A stretch of 64,000 nucleotides of DNA from the NCBI GenBank assembly GCA_963719145.1, contig CAVRAX010000006.1:55159-119158 (forward strand). Reading direction: 5' to 3'. The stretch is from an uncultured Chloroflexia bacterium (GTDB taxonomy: Bacteria; Chloroflexota; Limnocylindria; Limnocylindrales; CSP1-4). A model generated the notes under the pieces. The model saw only the letters and a program-made list of their open reading frames with translations, was not told the DNA's origin and made no database searches. Below, piece by piece: positions 39,750-48,714 of this stretch (position 1 is its first letter; each line of letters opens with the position of its first letter). The position numbers and the translations under genes were made by a program.

Positions 39750-40285
39750 AGGCCGGCGGCGTCGATCGCCGACTGGAGCGACTGCGCGTAGGCGAGGCTG
39801 GTGTAGGTCGCGCCGGAGATGATGTTGATCGACGCCGACTTGGCCGACATCGCTTCGCTCCGCAGCATCGGCTCGACGATGCTCGAGATCTGCCCCGAAT
39901 GGCCGCCCACCGGAAGAGCGACGGCCTGGACGTCGGTGATGGCCCGGCCAGTGACCGTGATCCGGACCTGGACATCGCCGTACCGCGTCGCGATCAGGTT
40001 GCCCGTGTAGCTCGCTGATCCGTTCGCCGGCGCGGTCGTCGCCAGCGGGCCGGACCCCGAGCCGGACGAAGACGTCGATCCGGAGCTGCTCGAGGAGCTC
40101 GATCCCCTGGTGGATCCCGTGCTCGAGCCCGAGGCCGAACCCACCGAAGCGACCGAACCTGAGCCGGACGACGACCGCGAGACTCCGAGGGCGCCGGTCG
40201 TGAACTGGCCGGGCCCCTGGAAGTTCAGGAGCAGGACGGCGGCGAGGGCGAGCGCGGAGATCGAGAGCGTGACCCGGCGAAACAT
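39746..40285 (-). CDS. secreted/anchored FMN-binding domain protein (flavinylation target)
   Basis: The ATG at 40285 gives a signal/anchor (LSISALALAAVLLL), a long Ser/Gly linker, and an FMN_bind-like domain with the ISGATYTS flavinylation motif. Confidence 0.7.
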   Translation of the reverse strand: MFRRVTLSISALALAAVLLLNFQGPGQFTTGALGVSRSSSGSGSVASVGSASGSSTGSTRGSSSSSSSGSTSSSGSGSGPLATTAPANGSASYTGNLIATRYGDVQVRITVTGRAITDVQAVALPVGGHSGQISSIVEPMLRSEAMSAKSASINIISGATYTSLAYAQSLQSAIDAAGL

Positions 40286-40296
40286 CGACCCGGCCC

Positions 40297-41673
40297 TCAG
40301 TACGCGAAGCGTTCGGCGTGGATCCGGCCGGACGGCACGCCGAGCTCGCGGAGGGTGCGGCTGACGCGATCCATCATCGCGTCGGGGCCGCAGACGTAGA
40401 CATCGTGCTGACGGATGTCCGGGACCAGGCGGACGAGACTCGGGCCCCCGAGCGGGTCGACGGGAAGGTCCGCCGATCCGCGGCGCCCGACGAGGTAGTG
40501 GACGCGCATCCCTCGCCGTTTCGCGATGGTGGCCAGCTCGTCCTTGAAGACGAGGTGCTTCGGATGACGGGCCCGGTAGAGCAGGGTGAGGTCGCCCTGG
40601 TCGCCGGGCAGGGCCTCCAGGAGGGCTCGAAGCGGGGTGATCCCGATACCGCCGGCGATGAACGTCACCCGCCGCCGCGTCCTGCGCATCCCCGTGAGCA
40701 CGCCGTACGGGCCCTCGAGGAGGACGCGCGTGCCCGGCCTCAGGCGCTGCAGCCGGCGGGTGTCGTCGCCGAGGGCCTTGACGGTCGTCCGGAGCCACTC
40801 GCCGTTCGGTGCGGAGGAGATCGAGAAGGGGTGGCCGGTCCACGGTCGACGACCGTCGAGGAACCGCCAGATGAAGTACTGGCCCGAGCGGACGGGCAGG
40901 CGCTCGAGGTGCCGGCCGGTCACGTAGATCGAGACGACGCCGGGGCTCTCGTGGACGACCCGCGCGACCCGGAACCCGTGGCGGAGGTTCAGCCGGATCG
41001 GGCCGGCGACCCGAAAGGCCAGCACGAGCGCGGCGGTCACGACGTAGAGCGCCGACCAGTAGATCCGGGCGAGCGGGTCGTGCATGAAGTCCGCCCCGAC
41101 GAAGAGCTGATGCAGGAATCCAAGGGCGATCGCGAGGTACGCCAGGAGGTGGACGAGGAACCAGGACTCGTAGGAGAGCCGGCCGCGGGCGATCCGCATC
41201 GAGGTGATGCCGACCGCGACGAAGAGCCCGAAGCCGATGGTCCCGAGGAGGACGAAGTCGAAGGTCGTCAGGATCGTCCAGGCCTCGCCCAGGATCGACG
41301 TCCCATCGGCCATCGCGTAGCCCAGCGTCGTGAAGACGCCGTGCGCGCCGATGAGCCAGACGGTGGCGAAGCCGATCCAGCGATGCGCCGTGGCCAGCCG
41401 ATCCATGCCGATGGCCTGATCGAGCCACGGTGTCCGGGCCATCAGCACGAGCTGGAGGAGGGCGAGGTACGTGCCGAGCAGGGCCGTGACCTGGCCGATG
41501 GCGATGAAGGCTCCGGACGGCGTCGCGAGCTCGGCGAGGCCGCCGTGGCGGATCCACATGGCCAGGATGAAAGCCCCGTTGGCGACGAGGATGCTGACGA
41601 TGTCGGCGGCCGAAACGTGCCAGGTCCGGGGCAGCGGGACGGCGACCGGGCGGCGAAGGGTTGTCGCGGTCAT
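40297..41673 (-). CDS. NOX/FRE-like ferric reductase (b-type di-haem TM domain + FAD + NAD(P)H domains)
   Basis: The ATG at 41673. His pairs lie in TM helices (HRWIGF..IGAHG, HLLAYL..FLHQL), with HPFSIS (FAD) and IAGGIGITP (NAD) motifs. Confidence 0.8.
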   Translation of the reverse strand: MTATTLRRPVAVPLPRTWHVSAADIVSILVANGAFILAMWIRHGGLAELATPSGAFIAIGQVTALLGTYLALLQLVLMARTPWLDQAIGMDRLATAHRWIGFATVWLIGAHGVFTTLGYAMADGTSILGEAWTILTTFDFVLLGTIGFGLFVAVGITSMRIARGRLSYESWFLVHLLAYLAIALGFLHQLFVGADFMHDPLARIYWSALYVVTAALVLAFRVAGPIRLNLRHGFRVARVVHESPGVVSIYVTGRHLERLPVRSGQYFIWRFLDGRRPWTGHPFSISSAPNGEWLRTTVKALGDDTRRLQRLRPGTRVLLEGPYGVLTGMRRTRRRVTFIAGGIGITPLRALLEALPGDQGDLTLLYRARHPKHLVFKDELATIAKRRGMRVHYLVGRRGSADLPVDPLGGPSLVRLVPDIRQHDVYVCGPDAMMDRVSRTLRELGVPSGRIHAERFAY

Positions 41674-41743
41674 GGCGTGGATGCTCCGGGCGCTGGCTGA
41701 GAAGGTGCTGAGAGCTCGGCAATTCCTGGTGGCCAACTCGGGC

Positions 41744-43717
41744 TCAGCCGGCGCCGGCGCAGTCGTAGAGTGACCCTGAGGCGGCGCCGCCGACGTCGAC
41801 GATCGTGCAGGCCTGGCCGACCCAGCTCGTGACACGGCTGTTGGTCAGTCCCCGGGGCCCCGGTCCGCCCTGGCCGCCGACGAGGACGTAGCGGAGCGCC
41901 CCGCTCCCGACGAGCGTCCGCAGCTGGGCGAGCGTCGGAGCGGCGTCCGTCCCCGAGAACCCGCCCATCGTCAGGACGGGCTCGCCCGCGAGGAGCTGGA
42001 TCGAGGCCGCCGTCCCCGACCCCTGGGCGGCAACGATCCACGTCGCGGCGCCCTGGTTGGCGAGGAGATAGTCGACGAGACCGGCATCGACCTCGCGGCC
42101 GGGGCCCGCCCCTCCCCCACCGCCAGGCACGCCGGTCGCGGCCGAGGCCGGGCCTGCGGACGGATCGCCGCCGGCCAGCCCGCGGGTCATCGTCGCGGCA
42201 CTGTAGGCCGCCGGACCGGCGAGGACGGCCACCAGGCCGAGGCCGAGGGCCAGCCGCTGGAGGCGTCCATCAACGGCGGCGGCGGGCAGGACCAGCACGA
42301 GGCCGGCGGCCACGGCCAGTGCGACGGCGGCAATTCCAAGCCCGGGGGCGAACGATGGGACCCGACCGAGCACGACCAGCCCCCACGCCGCGCTCGCCAC
42401 GATGCCTCCGGCGAGCATGGCTGCGGCGAGGGCGTGCCGTTCCCTGCGGCGCCAGAGATCGATGACACCGGCCCCGACCAGGGCACCGATGGCCGGGGCG
42501 AGCATGACCGTGTAGTAGGGATGGGCGATCCCCGACATCAGGCTGAAGACGAGGACATGGACGACGAGCCAGGTACCCCACAGGACGTACCCGGCGCGCC
42601 GCCGGTCCGGGCGAGGCGCGTGCCGGTAGATCACGAGCCCGGTCGCGAGGGAGACGAGGGCGAGCGGGATCAGCCAGCTGATCTCCCCACCGAACTGGAC
42701 GTTGAAGAGCCTGAGCAGGCCGGGTGATCCACCGAACCCCGCTCCGGGGCCGGTGCCCGGCCCGGCGCCGCCTCCGCCGAGCACGCCGATCGCGCTGCCG
42801 CCGGTCGGGTTCCCGTCGCCGATCCGCTGCCCGAGGATCCGCCCCAGGCCGTCATAGCCGAGGACGAGGTCGAGGACCGAGTTGTTCGTGCTCCCGCCGA
42901 TGTACGGACGCGAGGAGGCCGGAAGGAGCTCGACGATCGCCACCCACCAACTGCTCGTGACCGCGACCGTCACGGCCGCCGCGGCAAGGCCGACCAGGCG
43001 GCGGCGGACCGACCCGGGTGCGGCGACGAGCCAGACGAGAGCGAAGGCCGGCAGCACGAGATAGGCCTGGAGGTACTTCGTCAGGAAGGCCAGCCCGACC
43101 AGGGCGGCAGCGGCGATCGGCCAGCGCAGCCGGCCGTTCTCCAGCCCGCGGCCCAGCGCCCAGGCGGCCGTGACGAGGACGAAGGTCAGGAGGGCATCCG
43201 GGTTGTCGTAGCGGAAGATCAGCGTCGCGGCCGGGGTCAGCGCCATCACGACGGCGGCGATCAGTGCCGCCGACGTCCCGAACGGACGCCGCACGGCGAC
43301 GAAGAGGATGCCGACCGTGGCGATCCCGAGGAGCGCCTGGGGCAGGAGGATGGACCAGGTGCCGAGGCCGAGGAGGCGCACGCTGAGGCCCATGAGCCAG
43401 ACGGCGGCCGGCGGCTTGTCGAGGGTGATGAAGTTGGCCGAGTCGAGCGAGCCGAAGAAGAACGCCGACCAGTCCTGCGACGCTGCCTGGGCAGCCATCG
43501 CGTAGTAGGTGTTGGCGTAGCCGCTGGCGGTCAGGTTCCAGAGGTACAGGATGGCTGCGAGGCCGAGGACGAATCCGAGCGCCAGGCGAGTCCGTGCCGC
43601 CGAACCGACGCGTCGGGCGATCGCCGGGATCGCTCGAGCCATGGTCGCCTGGACCCGACCCGGCTCGGGTTCCGGGGAGGACGGGGGAATCGGCAGGGCG
43701 CGCTCGCCGGCGGTCAA
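41744..43717 (-). CDS. GT39/ArnT-like (PMT_2) polyprenyl-phosphate-sugar-dependent glycosyltransferase
   Basis: The TTG at 43717 lies 5 nt after AAGGAG. About 12 TMs; N-terminal YANTYYAMAAQAASQDW...FITLDKPPAAVW is typical of the family. It has a soluble C-terminal domain. Confidence 0.8.
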   Translation of the reverse strand: MTAGERALPIPPSSPEPEPGRVQATMARAIPAIARRVGSAARTRLALGFVLGLAAILYLWNLTASGYANTYYAMAAQAASQDWSAFFFGSLDSANFITLDKPPAAVWLMGLSVRLLGLGTWSILLPQALLGIATVGILFVAVRRPFGTSAALIAAVVMALTPAATLIFRYDNPDALLTFVLVTAAWALGRGLENGRLRWPIAAAALVGLAFLTKYLQAYLVLPAFALVWLVAAPGSVRRRLVGLAAAAVTVAVTSSWWVAIVELLPASSRPYIGGSTNNSVLDLVLGYDGLGRILGQRIGDGNPTGGSAIGVLGGGGAGPGTGPGAGFGGSPGLLRLFNVQFGGEISWLIPLALVSLATGLVIYRHAPRPDRRRAGYVLWGTWLVVHVLVFSLMSGIAHPYYTVMLAPAIGALVGAGVIDLWRRRERHALAAAMLAGGIVASAAWGLVVLGRVPSFAPGLGIAAVALAVAAGLVLVLPAAAVDGRLQRLALGLGLVAVLAGPAAYSAATMTRGLAGGDPSAGPASAATGVPGGGGGAGPGREVDAGLVDYLLANQGAATWIVAAQGSGTAASIQLLAGEPVLTMGGFSGTDAAPTLAQLRTLVGSGALRYVLVGGQGGPGPRGLTNSRVTSWVGQACTIVDVGGAASGSLYDCAGAG

Positions 43718-44005
43718 TCAGGCTCCTTGACTCCTGACGGCCGTCGGGCAGGACGTCCCGTCATGAGCCATCCAAGGGGCCGACCCTGAGACGGACATGA
43801 GAGCGGCGAGTTGATCCCGGCCGGCGAGCGCGACAGGGCCGATCCAACCGCGAAAGAGCGGACATCCGGCACTTGGTGCGGCATCGGGCACTCGAGAGAC
43901 TGCAAGGACGGGGCTCAGGCCCAGGTTCGACCGGGCCAACCGGAGCGGCGTCTAATCCGCCCGGTTCAGAGCTCTCGTGAGGCGTCCCGATGGGGAGGCC
44001 GGAAC

Positions 44006-44188
44006 ATGGCACTCGAAAGTCGACACGAGGAGCGCGCCGAGCTCGGGCGCAGGCTCCTGCTGCTCCTGTTGATCACCGCCGTGGTCATCGCGGTCGTCAT
44101 CGCCGCCGGCGTTGCCTTCGGCTGGACACTGACCGGGGGACCGTCCTTCGACATCACCACCGATCCGGCGGGCGACCTTCCGTTCTGA
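44006..44188 (+). CDS. small single-TM protein (60 aa)
   Basis: The ATG at 44006 lies 7 nt after GGGGAGG. The TM is LLLLLLITAVVIAVVIAAGVAFGW. It lies directly upstream of the cDPGS-like gene. Confidence 0.45.
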   Translation: MALESRHEERAELGRRLLLLLLITAVVIAVVIAAGVAFGWTLTGGPSFDITTDPAGDLPF

Positions 44189-44244
44189 CAGCCCGTGGGC
44201 GGGGACTCGCGTCGGGCTCGACCGTGCGCATCGGAGGACGCCAG

Positions 44245-45594
44245 ATGGACCGCAAGCGGATCGTGATCATGGGCGCGGCCGGCCGCGATTTCCACGACTT
44301 CAATGTCGCCTATCGGGCGAATCCGAGCGTCGAGGTCGTGGCCTTCACCGCGGCGCAGATCCCCGGCATCGCCGATCGCCGCTACCCGCCGGAGCTGGCG
44401 GGCGCCCTCTACCCAGAGGGGATCCCGATCGTTGCCGAAGACCGTCTCGAGGCGCTCATCCGGGACTGGCGAGTGGACGCGGTCGTCTTCGCCTACAGCG
44501 ATGTCAGCCACGAGACCGTCATGCACGTTGCCTCGCGGGTGCTGGCGGCCGGGGCCGACTTCGAGCTGCTCGGTCCGGGGCGGACGATGCTCCGCAGCCG
44601 CCGGCCGCTGATCGCGGTGTGCGCCGTGCGAACCGGGTCCGGCAAGAGCCAGACGACGCGCTATGTGGCGGGCCTCCTTGCGGACCGGGGCGTGACACCG
44701 GTTGTCATCCGCCACCCGATGCCGTACGGCAACCTGGCCGAGCAGGCTGTCCAACGGTATGCGAGCTACGCCGACCTGGATCGCTACGACACGACGATCG
44801 AGGAGCGGGAGGAGTACGAGCCCCACCTCGACGCCGGGCGGATCGTCTACGCCGGGGTCGACTATGCGGCGATCCTGGTGCAGGCCGAGCTCGAGGCGGA
44901 CGTGATCCTCTGGGACGGCGGCAACAATGACTTCTCGTTCTACCGGCCCGACCTCACGATCGTCGTCGCGGACCCACTCCGGGTCGGGGACGAGCGCCGC
45001 TACCACCCGGGCGAGACCAACGTGCGGCTCGCTGACGTCGTGATCATCAACAAGATCGACTCGGCCGAGCCGGCGGCCGTGGAGGCCGTCCGGGCATCCG
45101 TCGTCGAATTGAACCCGGCGGCCGAGATCCTCACCGCACGCTCCGAGCTGACCCTCGTGGGGCCGCCGATCGAGGGTCGGCGGGTCGTCGTGGTTGAGGA
45201 CGGGCCGACGCTCACCCACGGCGGCATGTCGTACGGGGCCGGCGTCGTGGCCGCGCGCCGCTTCGGCGCCGCGAGGCTGGTCGATCCGCGGCCAAGCGCG
45301 GTCGGCTCGATCGCCGAGGTCCTCGGACGCTATCCGCTGCTCGAGCCGCTCGTTCCGGCGATGGGCTACGGGGAGGCCCAGATTCGGGAGCTCGAGGCGA
45401 CCCTCAACGCCGTCGATGCCGACCTCGTCCTGTGCGCCACGCCGATCGACCTCACCAGGGTGCTGACCCTCAACAAGCCGATGACGCGGGTTCGCTACGA
45501 GCTGGTCGAGGCCGGCGGCACGCCGCTCGCGAAGCTCATCGAGCCGGTCGTGAGGATGGCCCGCCCAGCGGTTCCCGCCGGGTCGGCAACGTAA
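44245..45594 (+). CDS. cyclic 2,3-diphosphoglycerate synthetase-like P-loop protein (COG2403 type)
   Basis: The ATG at 44245 lies 6 nt after GGAGGA. N-terminus RIVIMGAAGRDFHDFNVAYRANPSVEVVAFTAAQIP, P-loop RTGSGKSQTT; about 449 aa. Family assignment is from memory of homologues. Confidence 0.6.
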   Translation: MDRKRIVIMGAAGRDFHDFNVAYRANPSVEVVAFTAAQIPGIADRRYPPELAGALYPEGIPIVAEDRLEALIRDWRVDAVVFAYSDVSHETVMHVASRVLAAGADFELLGPGRTMLRSRRPLIAVCAVRTGSGKSQTTRYVAGLLADRGVTPVVIRHPMPYGNLAEQAVQRYASYADLDRYDTTIEEREEYEPHLDAGRIVYAGVDYAAILVQAELEADVILWDGGNNDFSFYRPDLTIVVADPLRVGDERRYHPGETNVRLADVVIINKIDSAEPAAVEAVRASVVELNPAAEILTARSELTLVGPPIEGRRVVVVEDGPTLTHGGMSYGAGVVAARRFGAARLVDPRPSAVGSIAEVLGRYPLLEPLVPAMGYGEAQIRELEATLNAVDADLVLCATPIDLTRVLTLNKPMTRVRYELVEAGGTPLAKLIEPVVRMARPAVPAGSAT

Positions 45595-45710
45595 GCGGGC
45601 CGCTCTCCGCCGTCGCGGCAGGGTCACGCCCGACTTCGAGGCTCGCGCCCGCAGCCTGCTCGCTCGCGCGCCGGCGAGCTTGCGCGCCGGCGAGCTTGCG
45701 CGCGCCGCCT

Positions 45711-45741
45711 ATTGACTCACCGTTCATTGAGTCAATATGAT
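45711..45741 (+). promoter_or_regulatory. promoter (TTGACT - 18 nt - TATGAT) overlapped by a 9-bp inverted repeat ATTGACTCA-N8-TGAGTCAAT (candidate ArsR operator)
   Basis: Read directly; it is an AT-rich island in GC-rich DNA. The -10 ends 7 nt before the ATG at 45749, giving a leaderless or near-leaderless mRNA. Confidence 0.6.
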
Positions 45742-45748
45742 TTGAGCG

Positions 45749-46417
45749 ATGGACATCGAGGCACGAGCGGCGATTCACGCGGCCCTCGGCGATCCTCATC
45801 GGCTCTCGATCGTCGACGCTCTCCAGATGTCGGATCGAAGCTTCCGGGAGCTGGCAGGCGCGGCCGGTCTCCCGGGCAACGCGGCGGCCCACCACCTCGC
45901 CATCCTCGAGGCAGCCGGGCTCATCGGGCGGAGAGTCTCGGAAGGAGACCGGCGGCGGCGCTACATCACCCTCCGGCAGGAACGGCTCGAGGGCCTGCTC
46001 CCCTCCCCCCGCGTCGAGCCGACGACCGTCCTCTTCGTCTGCACCCACAACTCGGCCCGCTCGCAGTTTGCGGCCGCCCTGTGGCACGGGCGGACCGGCG
46101 GGGCAGCGGAGAGTGCCGGTACGGCGCCCGCGGACCGAGTCCATCCGGCCGCCGTTCGGGAGGCTTCGGCGTTCGAGATCGACCTGAGCGGCGCCAGGCC
46201 CCGCGGCTACGACGCCGTCACCGCCACGCCCGACCTCGTCGTCTCCGTCTGTGATCGCGCCCGGGAGTCGGGCCTGCCCTTCGATGCGCCAGCGCTCCAC
46301 TGGTCGATCCCGGACCCGGTCCTGGCCGGGACGGCCGAGGCATTCCACGCGGCCTTCGCCGACCTCGAGGCCCGCGTCGACCGCCTCGCCGCAGCCTCGA
46401 GGAGACCCGCCGCATGA
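45749..46417 (+). CDS. ArsR-family HTH fused to an LMW-PTP/ArsC-like domain
   Basis: The N-terminal HRLSIVDAL...ELAGAAGLPGNAAAHHLAILEAAGLI is ArsR/SmtB-type. The C-terminal VLFVCTHNSARSQ is the CX5R(S) phosphatase/arsenate-reductase P-loop. Confidence 0.8.
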   Translation: MDIEARAAIHAALGDPHRLSIVDALQMSDRSFRELAGAAGLPGNAAAHHLAILEAAGLIGRRVSEGDRRRRYITLRQERLEGLLPSPRVEPTTVLFVCTHNSARSQFAAALWHGRTGGAAESAGTAPADRVHPAAVREASAFEIDLSGARPRGYDAVTATPDLVVSVCDRARESGLPFDAPALHWSIPDPVLAGTAEAFHAAFADLEARVDRLAAASRRPAA

Positions 46418-47130
46418 GCAACCCGCCGTTCGAGCCGCCGAAGGAGCTCCGAATGACCGCGCCGCTCCAGCCGATGTCTGCCGCCGTCGCCGGCCTCACC
46501 TCGGCAGAGCGGATCAACATCCGCCAGTCGGCGACCGCCCTCGAGGCCCGCTGGAAGGGCCGGATGAACGTCGAGACGATCGAGCGGTTCATGGCCGAGT
46601 CGCTCGACCTGATCCTGCCCAGGGCCAGGATCCGGACCTGGGTCCCGATCCTCGTCGAGCGCCTGACGGACGACCGGCTGCGGGCCCTCGTTCGTCTCGA
46701 ATCCGACCGGACGGACCTCAATCCCAGCGTCCTGTTCCTGTGCGTCCACAACGCCGGCCGCTCGCAGATGGCCGCCGCCTGGATGCGCCACCTGGCCGGC
46801 GACCGGGTCGACGTCTTCTCGGGCGGCTCGGAGCCGGCCGGCGAGCTCAACAGGGCCGCGATCGAGGCGATGGCCGAGAAGGGCATCGACATCGGGCAGG
46901 AGCTGCCCCAGCCCTGGGCCGACGAGATCATCCGGGCCGCCGACGTCGTCGTCACGATGGGCTGCGGCGACGCCTGCCCCATCTTCCCCGGCAAGCGCTA
47001 CCTCGACTGGGAGCTGGACGACCCGGCCGGCCGGCCGGTCGAGGAGGTCCGGCTGATCCGCGACGAGATCGAGCGGCGAGTCCGGATGCTGCTCCGCGAG
47101 CTAGGGGTGGAGCCGCAGTCCGCGGCCTGA
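46414..47130 (+). CDS. arsC: LMW-PTP-type arsenate reductase with a ~100-aa N-terminal helical extension
   Basis: VLFLCVHNAGRSQMAAAW (CX5R) and TMGCGDACP (second and third Cys), as in thioredoxin-coupled ArsC. It overlaps the upstream gene by 4 nt. Confidence 0.8.
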   Translation: MSNPPFEPPKELRMTAPLQPMSAAVAGLTSAERINIRQSATALEARWKGRMNVETIERFMAESLDLILPRARIRTWVPILVERLTDDRLRALVRLESDRTDLNPSVLFLCVHNAGRSQMAAAWMRHLAGDRVDVFSGGSEPAGELNRAAIEAMAEKGIDIGQELPQPWADEIIRAADVVVTMGCGDACPIFPGKRYLDWELDDPAGRPVEEVRLIRDEIERRVRMLLRELGVEPQSAA

Positions 47131-47152
47131 GGTGCGGGCCGGTGCCGGCGAA

Positions 47153-47560
47153 CTAGCTGCGGCCCGTGATCCAGCTCGGCAGCATCACGAGCAGGTTCCA
47201 GCCCGCGATGCCGACGACGAGGACGACGCGCACCACGAGCGGCCAGCTGCTCTCCCAGACCCACAGCCCCGCCGTGACCGGCAGGAACAGGAGCCAGACG
47301 ACCCCCTGGACGACCAGGGGCAGCTCCCGAATCGACTGCCACGCGGCGTCGACGCTGCCCCGGCTCCAGACGAGTCCCACCGCGAAGGCGACCCAGAGCA
47401 CGCCGAAGATGACGAACAGGATCCCGCTCGACGCCATGAACCCTACTGCGTTGCCGAGCCCCGACGCGACCGCCTCAATTGCGCTGTCCATGCGACCTTT
47501 CCCCTGCTTCGTGCCAACGTCCGCCAATTGATGCCCGCTATCCGGTCGGGCAGTTGTCAT
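47153..47560 (-). CDS. small integral membrane protein, hypothetical
   Basis: The ATG at 47560 lies 5 nt after GGAGGGAGG. Four predicted TM helices. Upstream in-frame ATGs exist, so the start is uncertain. Confidence 0.5.
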   Translation of the reverse strand: MTTARPDSGHQLADVGTKQGKGRMDSAIEAVASGLGNAVGFMASSGILFVIFGVLWVAFAVGLVWSRGSVDAAWQSIRELPLVVQGVVWLLFLPVTAGLWVWESSWPLVVRVVLVVGIAGWNLLVMLPSWITGRS

Positions 47561-47891
47561 CGCAACCTCCCTCCGTTCCTCGATCTGGCGGAGGATGCCG
47601 TCCGCCTCCGGCGACATCGGGAGCCGGCGCATTGGGCCTGGGACGGGCGATGCGCTGCGGACCCCCTCGGATATTCGACCGCCTCTGCCCGCGCACGCAT
47701 GAGCGAATCGGCCCACGTTTCGTTGTGCCGAATGTCGCGGCGATACCCGATCGCCGATCAGCCTCGTTCGCTTGTGTCGGGCGGAGGGCGCCTGGGCCGC
47801 CACGTCGTGCCGCGGCTGCCAGGGCCTCGGCCTCCGCCCTCAAGCTGGTCGCCCGGCGCGTCGAGAGGGAGCCGCCTGAGCCGGAGCGCGC

Positions 47892-48677
47892 CTATTCCTG
47901 GCGGTTGAAGGCGATCACCGCCGCCCCGAGGAGGATCGCGCCCAGCGCCCCGACGACGAAGATCTCCTCGCCGATCGCCATGGTGTGCCCGAGGACGGTG
48001 ACCCCGAGGCCAGTGTCCGTGCCGAGGAAGATCTGGCGGATGGCGTCGACGCCGTAGGTCAGCGGATTGATCTTCGACACGACCGCCAGCCACGGCGGCA
48101 CATCGTTCACCGGGAAGAAGACCCCGGCGAGGAAGATCAGGGGAAAGATCAGCAGCTGGATGAGGAGCTGGAAGCCCTGCTGGCTGGTCATGAACGTGGC
48201 GATGAGGATGCCCAGCCCGGAGAGCCCGAGGGACAGGATCGCCACGATCGGGATGAGGCCGAGCAGGATCGCCGGCGACAGCGTCACGCCGAGGATCGGC
48301 GCGAGGACGAGCATGATGAGGACCTGGAGGAGCCCCGTGATCGTCGCCCCGATGGCCTTGCCCAGGACGATCCCCGTTCGCCCGATCGGGGCCACCAGGA
48401 TCTCCCGCAGGAACCCGTACTCGCGGTCCCAGACGACCGACACACCGGCGAACAGCGAGCTCGTCAGGACCGTCATGGCCACGATGCCGGGGTACATGAA
48501 CTGGATGAAGTTCACGCCCGGCGCCACGGTCCCGATGACCTTGGAGAAGCCGGCCCCGAAGATGACCAGGAAGAGCAGCGGGAAGGCCAGGCTGGAGATG
48601 ATCCGCGAGCGTTCGTTGACGTAACGCAGCATCTCCCGGTACGCGACCACCCAGGTCCCGCGCCAGATCTCCGCCAT
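47892..48677 (-). CDS. ABC-2 type transporter permease
   Basis: 261 aa with six TM helices; the N-terminal WVVAYREMLRYVNERSR is typical of ABC-2 permeases. Confidence 0.8.
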   Translation of the reverse strand: MAEIWRGTWVVAYREMLRYVNERSRIISSLAFPLLFLVIFGAGFSKVIGTVAPGVNFIQFMYPGIVAMTVLTSSLFAGVSVVWDREYGFLREILVAPIGRTGIVLGKAIGATITGLLQVLIMLVLAPILGVTLSPAILLGLIPIVAILSLGLSGLGILIATFMTSQQGFQLLIQLLIFPLIFLAGVFFPVNDVPPWLAVVSKINPLTYGVDAIRQIFLGTDTGLGVTVLGHTMAIGEEIFVVGALGAILLGAAVIAFNRQE

Positions 48678-48714
48678 CAGGATCTCCCCTCGGCCGGCCC
48701 GACGAGCCGGAGCG

